Positions 19,441 to 25,690 of a stretch of 64,000 nucleotides of DNA are shown here, piece by piece. Every line of letters starts with the position of its first letter. Position 1 is the stretch's first letter. The notes under the pieces were generated by a model, which saw only the letters and a list, made by a program, of their open reading frames with translations, was not told the origin of the DNA and did not search any database. The DNA is taken from positions 1 to 64,000 of the IMG/VR virus record IMGVR_UViG_3300032897_000002. One strand, given 5' to 3'. Source of the DNA: a virus. The position numbers and the translations under genes are program-made.

Positions 19441-20095
19441 CAGTGTTGTTACTCAGTTGATTACTATATCATCTTTCTTCAACTGAGGTGCGGTCATTTC
19501 TGCCGCACTCTGTTCGTCACCGAACAGCTCAGACTGGATCTTCTGTGTTTCCACAGGCTCACGCACAGTCGTTACGGAACCCAAGCCACGCGAGTTAAGT
19601 TCCTTGACTCGCGCCATCAGAAGTTCGTCCTCGGCACGGTTCGGCCTCATATGCCGACCCCTCTGGGTATGTACCCGACCCTTCAAAAACATGCCGGCCA
19701 GACGTAGATGTTCTGCTTTGGCGACGGCCACGGGCTCGATCAATTGGATATATTTTTTCTGTGCAGCGATAACTCGAATCTGCACAGCCCATGAACCCCG
19801 AAATCCCTTTTCGATATTCGGCTTCGTATGAACCACGCCGAAATAGATGTTCGCCCTTCGCAGAATATCTTGAACCTTCTCGGAGATCAGCGCATTCGTG
19901 CTTGTGACCGGCTGGATGACGAGCCTAATCACGCCGTCACCGCTATTGCGGTAAAGCATGACGCTGCCCTCGCCATCTAGCATCCCAGCCAAATATCCGA
20001 TTTCTTTGTCGCTGATTTCCATTGGTTTCCTCGGAATTATCTCCCCCCGGAGACCTTTCCCGATACAGTGAGCTTTTAGGAGACCTGTTTTACCG
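19441..20095 (-). mobile_element. Group I self-splicing intron (655 nt) in the major capsid gene
   Basis: 5' exon ends in U and the intron ends in G. P1 GGAGGCU/GGUCUCC has the U.G pair at the splice site. P3 GCUCAC/GUGAGC, P7 GACUG/CAGUC, J8/7 AAGAUCCAGUC. Splicing restores the frame ...SAVEA|IELDAF... Confidence 0.88.
19453..20022 (-). CDS. Intron-encoded LAGLIDADG homing endonuclease (single motif)
   Basis: YLAGMLDGEGSV motif; lies inside the intron. Confidence 0.9.
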   Translation of the reverse strand: MEISDKEIGYLAGMLDGEGSVMLYRNSGDGVIRLVIQPVTSTNALISEKVQDILRRANIYFGVVHTKPNIEKGFRGSWAVQIRVIAAQKKYIQLIEPVAVAKAEHLRLAGMFLKGRVHTQRGRHMRPNRAEDELLMARVKELNSRGLGSVTTVREPVETQKIQSELFGDEQSAAEMTAPQLKKDDIVIN

Positions 20096-20131
20096 AGCCT
20101 CCACTGCGGACTCGTATACGGGTGATGGCAT
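20096..20131 (-). CDS. Major capsid protein, exon 1 (MPSPVYESAVEA)
   Basis: ATG after the RBS AAGAGGTG; 12 codons; without splicing a stop follows two codons later. Confidence 0.82.
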
Positions 20132-20246
20132 ATGTGTCACCTCTTTTTGGGATTAGGTGACCTTGGTGGGTCACCGACAATCACGTTCATTGCCGGTGGA
20201 TTAAAATCCCATGCGAGGGATTAGCCGATCTCGCCAGCTAGGACAA

Positions 20247-20275
20247 GTTCTAACTGAATTGGTTTTGGATGTCAA
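20247..20275 (-). promoter_or_regulatory. Sigma70-type promoter for the capsid operon
   Basis: TTGACA-17 nt-TAGAAC; the -35 overlaps the RHH stop codon. Confidence 0.6.
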
Positions 20276-20472
20276 GAGGATTTTGAAATAGTCAGCTTAT
20301 CGCGGAGGCTGGTGTAGGCCGGCTGGCCCTGCATTAAGCGTGCATGATCTTCCAGAACCAGCCGGGTATAATCCGTTTCCTTGCGGCCGTCCTGGTGGGC
20401 CAAGGCTCGGAGTTGATTGATGAGCTTCCGCGTGAGCCTTAGCCTCCAGGGGATTGTTTTGGGAACTTTCAC
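20272..20472 (-). CDS. Ribbon-helix-helix-like DNA-binding protein
   Basis: Alternating beta strand WRLRL followed by LRALAHQDGRKETDYTRLVLE (Arc/CopG-like pattern). Confidence 0.6.
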   Translation of the reverse strand: MKVPKTIPWRLRLTRKLINQLRALAHQDGRKETDYTRLVLEDHARLMQGQPAYTSLRDKLTISKSS

Positions 20473-20474
20473 CG

Positions 20475-20780
20475 TTATGCGACTCCCTTGAGCTTGTCTT
20501 CGATCTCCGCCTTCTGCTTGCGCAGAGCTTCGCGCCGCTCTTCAGGAGTGGCAAGCTGCGTCAACCGGGCGTTGATCTTCCGCAGTTCGGCTTCGAGCGC
20601 GTCGGCGTTGCGGACCGTGATCTCCCGGCGCAGGGCCTTCAACTGAATGTCAACAAATTCGGGCTCGGGGATGTTCAGCGCTTCGTATTCGGAACGAATC
20701 GAGCGTCCGAAGGCCGACAACTCCACAAGCTCGTCCAGCGTCAGCCGGTCTTTGTCAAACGACTGATATCTCTCCAGCAT
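20475..20780 (-). CDS. Small coiled-coil protein coupled to the Ro60-like gene
   Basis: AAGGAGG RBS inside the end of the Ro60-like ORF; heptad-rich. Confidence 0.7.
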   Translation of the reverse strand: MLERYQSFDKDRLTLDELVELSAFGRSIRSEYEALNIPEPEFVDIQLKALRREITVRNADALEAELRKINARLTQLATPEERREALRKQKAEIEDKLKGVA

Positions 20781-22353
20781 AGACTGCCTCCTTTCTCTCA
20801 GATTTGAAAACTTCTTTCAGTGTCACAAGCGGCACCGCCATGATCTCGTCCAGAATTGAATAGCGATTAACCCGCATGGTCTGGACCAGATTCGGCAGTG
20901 CATAGTGGTCGATGCTGTCCCCCAGCACGAATTCCTGCAAGTCCAGTTCCGCCAGCTTCATGCTGTCCTGCAAGTCCATGTCGCCCGAGAACCGGAACGA
21001 CGTGGCATTGAGCATCCGAAGTCGCGGAATGAGATGGCTTCGATATTCCGGCCCGCAGCGGTAGAGGTACACCGGAGGCTGCTTCCCGACAAACTCCGCA
21101 TAGCGTGCATAGACCGCCGTAAATGCCGGGTTCTGGTTCTCCTTCGCATCCGATACTACCGCGATGCCATCCACCTCCAGCTTCGCATCAAGCAGATATT
21201 GCAGTGCCACCCCAATTGAGGTGCCCCCATCAGCGCGAACCTTGCTGGTTTCCTTGAGCAGTTCATCGTAGGTCTTTCCGGTTGCGTTGATGAAGCGCGG
21301 AGAGGTGTCGAAGAACACCAAATAGACGTTCCCCTTCACCATTCTGGCCAACGTCGCCGCAACTTGGCGGGAGGCTTCGATGGTGCTGCTCATGCTCCCG
21401 CTTTTGTCGCCCAACACGGCCCAGTTGCCTTCGACCCCTCCGAGCGTCTTGATCTGCTTCTCCTGAAGGGCTTGCAACTTCGCCTTGAGGCCCTCATCCT
21501 CGACCGCATCGGCCGCCACGGTGGTTTTGAAGGTGGCCTTCTTGCTGGTTCCCGCCTTCGCGATTGCGGCTTCGTAGGCGCCACGCAACGCCGGATTCGT
21601 CTTGATGCCGAGTTTTTCCAGCATCTTCGTATTCGTGACCAACTCAGTCGGTGTCATGCCGTTGATGAGCGCCAAAACAAGGTCCGTTTCCTTGGCCATC
21701 TTCCCGAGCGCTCCGACGGCCACCAGAAAAGGAATTTTGCGGCCGATGATCTCCCCGGCTGCCTCTATCGGGGTCATGTCCTTCAAGTGCGTGATGATGT
21801 CGAAGATACTGCCCTTCGGGACCGGCATCTTGTCGGGGTGCTTCTTCGACGTTCCGAACAAGATCGCATCTGCCAGCGGGCACGGCTTTACATGCGCGAG
21901 AGCGTAGAGTGCCTTGAGGGTCTGCCGGTGCTGAACCGCAGCCCGCTCCCAGCGGTGCCAGTTGGCTTCCCGGTTGTGCAGGTAATCACCGATGAGCCCT
22001 TGCAGACTGCGAATCGTCTTGCTGCGCCCCGGCCACGGATGAGTTTTGCGAAGCTCCAGGGCAAACCGGAAAGCCCGCTCCAGTTCACGCGGTCCTTGTA
22101 GCGCCACATGCGCGAGCGAGTTCTCGATGAAATCGCTGTCGGTAAATTCGGGCGAGCAGAGCGAGATGACCGGCAGCGCCACCTTGGAGTCACGGATTTG
22201 GCCTTTCAGTTGATTCCACGCAATGAGGTGGCTCAAAAATTCAGGCTCCCGCCGGGCGGCCTCCTGGGTCACCGGAATGTACTCTTCCAACTTGCCGTGA
22301 GGAGACTTGCTCAGGTCACTCAAAATTTGATTCTTGGTGATGCCGGTTTCCAT
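20755..22353 (-). CDS. Divergent Ro60/Rsr-like TROVE + vWA RNA-binding protein (532 aa)
   Basis: Helical TROVE-like region (EPEFLSHLIAW..GQIRD; LYALAHVKP; GMTPTELVTN). C-terminal vWA MIDAS (LGDKSGSM, GGTSIG, VVSDAKEN). Ro60-like length; Y-RNA-like elements adjacent. Confidence 0.8.
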   Translation of the reverse strand: METGITKNQILSDLSKSPHGKLEEYIPVTQEAARREPEFLSHLIAWNQLKGQIRDSKVALPVISLCSPEFTDSDFIENSLAHVALQGPRELERAFRFALELRKTHPWPGRSKTIRSLQGLIGDYLHNREANWHRWERAAVQHRQTLKALYALAHVKPCPLADAILFGTSKKHPDKMPVPKGSIFDIITHLKDMTPIEAAGEIIGRKIPFLVAVGALGKMAKETDLVLALINGMTPTELVTNTKMLEKLGIKTNPALRGAYEAAIAKAGTSKKATFKTTVAADAVEDEGLKAKLQALQEKQIKTLGGVEGNWAVLGDKSGSMSSTIEASRQVAATLARMVKGNVYLVFFDTSPRFINATGKTYDELLKETSKVRADGGTSIGVALQYLLDAKLEVDGIAVVSDAKENQNPAFTAVYARYAEFVGKQPPVYLYRCGPEYRSHLIPRLRMLNATSFRFSGDMDLQDSMKLAELDLQEFVLGDSIDHYALPNLVQTMRVNRYSILDEIMAVPLVTLKEVFKSERKEAVYAGEISVV

Positions 22354-22370
22354 GGATTACCTCTTTCTAA

Positions 22371-22488
22371 TTGCGGAAAGTTAGGCAGTGTCTACCCTCA
22401 CCAATGGGTGGCACCAGGCAAGCCCGATGGCGGGATTCGAACCAGCATTGCACCTTGCAAGCGCATGTAAACTGCCAGGTATCCGCAA
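22371..22488 (-). ncRNA. Y-RNA-like tRNA mimic Y1 (permuted: T arm, closed acceptor stem, D-like arm)
   Basis: Terminal stem UUGCGGA/UCCGCAA, GGCAGU/ACUGCC, T loop GGUUCGAAUCC, acceptor CAUCGGGC/GCCUGGUG. Confidence 0.8.
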
Positions 22489-22494
22489 ATCTTA

Positions 22495-22610
22495 TGGCCT
22501 CAAGTCGAAGGTGGTATCTTTGCTAAGGCTCAAAAGCCTCCCCCCCGCAAGGATGGTGGAGGGGGGCCGGTACGACCGGCATGGCATGTAACCCTCTTCA
22601 GTAGAGGCCA
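22495..22610 (-). ncRNA. Y-RNA-like element Y2 (degenerate permuted tRNA module)
   Basis: UGGCCUC/GAGGCCA, GAAG/CUUC, shared UACAUG and GACUU; hairpins GCCGG/CCGGC, C-rich/G-rich acceptor stem with ACCA in the loop, AGGCU/AGCCU. Confidence 0.72.
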
Positions 22611-22613
22611 ATC

Positions 22614-23144
22614 TCACAAACTTCTTAGTTCCAAATACCGCTTGGTTGCGTTGAAATCGTAGCCCCGGCGTGCGCACCATGTCTCGGGGTCTTCCGAGCC
22701 TTTGTCTTTATTGCACGGCTTGCAGGCTGTAAGATAATTACTCGCGTTATTTTTTCCGCCCAGTTCCAACGGAACAAAATGGTCGATGGTCATGAGAGAT
22801 TTTCCCATCTTCGCGCCGCAGTATGCGCACTTGAAGCCGTCAGCCGCCCAGATTCGCTGTTGCACGGAACCGGAAATCTCATAGCGCACCTTGCGCTGGA
22901 AAATCTTCGCTGGGCCGATCAGAATCTCTGGATTATCGCTCCGCTGGATGAAGTCAGACCATTCTTCCACCGTCAACTCATACTCGCTTGTTTTGCGGCA
23001 TTCGAATCCCGGCAACATGAGGATGGCCTTTGCTCCTCCGCCTCCAACCACAAGGCCCTCAATCTTCAGGAGTGATCCGATATCGCCGTACTTCACGGGC
23101 CGATTGCGAAATTCCAAGAGATAAAATCTGTCGTCGCTCGCCAT
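22614..23144 (-). CDS. HNH (McrA-type) nuclease with an uncharacterised N-terminal domain
   Basis: CAYCG...TIDHFVPLELGG.N..SNYLTACKPCNKDK; sandwiched between Y-RNA-like units. Confidence 0.88.
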   Translation of the reverse strand: MASDDRFYLLEFRNRPVKYGDIGSLLKIEGLVVGGGGAKAILMLPGFECRKTSEYELTVEEWSDFIQRSDNPEILIGPAKIFQRKVRYEISGSVQQRIWAADGFKCAYCGAKMGKSLMTIDHFVPLELGGKNNASNYLTACKPCNKDKGSEDPETWCARRGYDFNATKRYLELRSL

Positions 23145-23156
23145 GGTCAATCCTAA

Positions 23157-23290
23157 TTGGGTGCAAGTCGCTGCGGGTTCATTAAGCGCTCTACCACTGA
23201 GCTAATCCCCCGTATGGCTGGGGGATGTTGGATTCGAACCAACGACCTCTTCCTTAGAAGGAAGCATGTAACCGCCTCAGTAGCACCCAA
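23157..23290 (-). ncRNA. Y-RNA-like (YrlA-type) tRNA mimic Y3
   Basis: UUGGGUGC/GCACCCAA; T arm GUUGG-UUCGAAU-CCAAC; acceptor AUCCCCC/GGGGGAU closed by loop AGCCAUAC; D arm UA-GCUC-AGUGGUA-GAGC. The order T, acceptor, D is circularly permuted. Confidence 0.87.
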
Positions 23291-23295
23291 ACTTT

Positions 23296-23407
23296 ATCCC
23301 GGTAAGTCGGCCAGCTTTTACTTCATGGTTGGAATTGAACCAACTCCCACTGAGCCAAGTCAGTTGCTCACCAAAGAGCTTCATGTACGCTGTCCCATAA
23401 CCGGGAA
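23296..23407 (-). ncRNA. Y-RNA-like element Y4 with a non-permuted tRNA module
   Basis: UCCCGGU/ACCGGGA; D arm GCUC/GAGC; anticodon-like arm ACUGA-CUUGGC-UCAGU; T arm GUUGG-UUCAAUU-CCAAC; CAUG/CAUG stem. Confidence 0.78.
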
Positions 23408-23424
23408 TCTCATATCGAAGGTAC

Positions 23425-23453
23425 AGCCTACGATTGTTCCAAGCGGTTGTCAA
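23425..23453 (-). promoter_or_regulatory. Sigma70 promoter of the Y-RNA/HNH/Ro60 cassette
   Basis: TTGACA-17 nt-TAGGCT; predicted start about 10 nt upstream of Y4. Confidence 0.7.
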
Positions 23454-23480
23454 CAACTTTTTTCAATTATTTTTTCAACT

Positions 23481-23505
23481 AAAAACCCCGGCTGCGGAGC
23501 CGGGG
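23481..23505 (-). terminator. Intrinsic terminator insulating the cassette from scaffold read-through
   Basis: CCCCGGCU-CCGC-AGCCGGGG followed by UUUUU. Confidence 0.75.
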
Positions 23506-23664
23506 CGGAAGGGAAAAATGGACGGCTAAAGAGTAGCGCGGGAAGCTCGATTTTGCAAGATATTTCGCTTCTTGTTCGCCCTGCCGTGTTAGAATAGTTC
23601 GAGCGGCTGAAGTGCATCAACACTCACAGCCGCCCTTGACTCAACGACCTGGAAGGAGGCCGTC

Positions 23665-24198
23665 ATGCCCGAAGAAAATCTTACCACAACTCCAGAGATT
23701 TGGAAGCCCGTTGTTGGCTATGAGGGATATTACGAAGTTTCAAACAAGGGAAGGGTGAAGCGCGTTGGGCACCGAAAACATACGCGAATAGGTAGAATTA
23801 TAAAACCGTGGTTAAGCCGTGGATACTGCCAAGTACGATTATCAAGGGACGGAAATTTAATTGCGCGTCTTGCCCATCAACTTGTCATGGAGGCTTTTGT
23901 TGGCCCCCGCCCAGAGAAACATGAAGTAAATCATATCAATGGCATTAAGACAGATAATATATGGCCTGAGAATCTTGAATATGTTACAAAAAGTCAAAAT
24001 CAATTACACGCCTCAGACCTCGGTTTGATGCACCGGGGAGAAGATCACCACAAGGCAAAACTTACAGAGGAGCAGGTTAAAGAAATTATTGTCGCCGAAG
24101 GATCGCATTCGCAAATCGCGATAAAGTATGGCATCAGCCGAGCCATGATTTCATACATTAAACGAGGCAAATCATGGCGTCATATTCCGCGTCCATAG
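23665..24198 (+). CDS. NUMOD4-HNH homing endonuclease
   Basis: EIWKPVVGYEGYYEVSNKGRVK (NUMOD4), AHQLVMEAFVG...VNHINGIKTDN...NLEY (HNH), C-terminal HTH. Confidence 0.92.
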   Translation: MPEENLTTTPEIWKPVVGYEGYYEVSNKGRVKRVGHRKHTRIGRIIKPWLSRGYCQVRLSRDGNLIARLAHQLVMEAFVGPRPEKHEVNHINGIKTDNIWPENLEYVTKSQNQLHASDLGLMHRGEDHHKAKLTEEQVKEIIVAEGSHSQIAIKYGISRAMISYIKRGKSWRHIPRP

Positions 24199-24263
24199 AT
24201 GGTCAAGAGACGGCCTCGGGGCGGAGCAAGCCATTCATCGTTTGTCCGATTGCTACCCCAATC

Positions 24264-25664
24264 TTAGGCCCTCGGTGCTCCTGGTCCGATGCGGCCTGGA
24301 CGCCACGAGACGAGCTTCCCGTTAGCTTTGAGATATCCCCTTCCAGTTATGTACATTAATTGATTGGGATCTTTACTCATATCTAACTCTTCGATTCTGG
24401 GCTTCACCGCAATCGGAATGGGTTTGTTGGGATTCAACCCCCCCCCAACTCGCGGAGCCTGCTGTTGAGGCTGTTGCGGCTGATAGATGGGCTCCTGCGG
24501 GGCCACACGGCGTACCGGAGGCTTCTCTGGGCCGTAGCGAAGCTCAACCACAGCTTTGATGGCGTCTTTCCGCACCTTGTCGATCTGCGGCTTGGCAAAC
24601 CGCGTGATGGTGTCGATGGTGGCCTGACCGCTGTTGGTCTGGCGAAGAAGGTTTTTCAGGCTCGTATCGAAGAATGTCCCCGGCCCCAACCGGCGGGCGA
24701 TCTCAACAATGCTGGCGTTTTCGAGGTCCTCGATGGCCTTGGCCGTGAGGTTGCGCCCCTTCGACCATGTTTGCAGCACCGGCCGCACGGTACTGCGCAT
24801 GTAGCTGTCCAGGTCGCGGCCAACGTGTTGTTCGAGCATCTGGCGCTTCTCGGTGCGGACCTGTTCCTGCTGCTTCTGGAGTTCATTCACGCGGGGGTCT
24901 TTGTAGCGGTTCTTGATCTCGTCATCCATGCCGCGAAGTTTCTTGATCCACTCCTCGACGGCCTGAATCTTCGCGCCCGCCCGCGCTACTCCATCTGCGG
25001 TGCCGGTCTTGAGTTCCTGAAGGGCTTCCGACAACGCTCCCGTAGCGCCCTGGCCGTCCAGCGTGTCCAAGATCGGCCGCATGACGGCGAGGAAGTAGGC
25101 TTGCTGGTCCATTTTCTGGAGGATGCTGAGGGCTTCCGGTACGAGCTTCTTGAACCCCTCGGGGCTGGCTTGGCTCATCTCCTCGATCAGCCGCCCGTCG
25201 CCGTGGTCGAGCATGTCGTCAATGTCGGCCACCCGGTCGCCCAACTTCTGCATCTCCATAAGGCCGTCAAAGCCTCCGAAGGCGTCGATGGTGGCCTGCG
25301 CCCCCCGCGCTTCTTCGACGGTCGGATAGACTTCCGTGAAGCCCTTCCAACGCCCGTAGGCGGCCTGGAGTTCGCGGAGGGCCGATGCGTGCTGAGGCGC
25401 CGTCGTGCGCAGTTCCCTGATGGCCTTATACACATTCGCCGGTAACGGAGGCGTCTCCTCCTGCAAGGGCGATGGCGCTGGCTCGGCCGGTTGCGCACCC
25501 TCCCCTTCTACGGGGGGCATTTCCCCGCCTTCTCCCGGCTGTGGTTCCAGCGGGGCTTCCGTCCCCAGTCCCGTTTCGACCGGAAGTTGCTCTGTGCCGC
25601 CCTCCGGCGCTGCGCCCGTTCCTGAATCTACCAAGCCTTGCAAAGTGTCGATATCGGCTCCCAT
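24264..25664 (-). CDS. Putative capsid scaffolding protein
   Basis: Acidic/Pro-rich N-terminus and helical body; located between portal and capsid. Confidence 0.65.
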   Translation of the reverse strand: MGADIDTLQGLVDSGTGAAPEGGTEQLPVETGLGTEAPLEPQPGEGGEMPPVEGEGAQPAEPAPSPLQEETPPLPANVYKAIRELRTTAPQHASALRELQAAYGRWKGFTEVYPTVEEARGAQATIDAFGGFDGLMEMQKLGDRVADIDDMLDHGDGRLIEEMSQASPEGFKKLVPEALSILQKMDQQAYFLAVMRPILDTLDGQGATGALSEALQELKTGTADGVARAGAKIQAVEEWIKKLRGMDDEIKNRYKDPRVNELQKQQEQVRTEKRQMLEQHVGRDLDSYMRSTVRPVLQTWSKGRNLTAKAIEDLENASIVEIARRLGPGTFFDTSLKNLLRQTNSGQATIDTITRFAKPQIDKVRKDAIKAVVELRYGPEKPPVRRVAPQEPIYQPQQPQQQAPRVGGGLNPNKPIPIAVKPRIEELDMSKDPNQLMYITGRGYLKANGKLVSWRPGRIGPGAPRA

Positions 25665-25690
25665 TTATTAAGCTCCTTTTTATTTTCGGT

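Noticed and set aside
23185-23250. Canonical tRNA gene (near-perfect D and T arms)
   Set aside because: The arms are in permuted order (T, acceptor, D) with no anticodon arm; interpreted as a YrlA-type mimic.
22371-23407. CRISPR array or DNA direct-repeat array
   Set aside because: The units share structure and short motifs only, with no identical repeats, regular spacers or cas genes.
24465-25445. 326-aa plus-strand ORF
   Set aside because: Antisense to the scaffold gene; a typical GC-rich shadow ORF.
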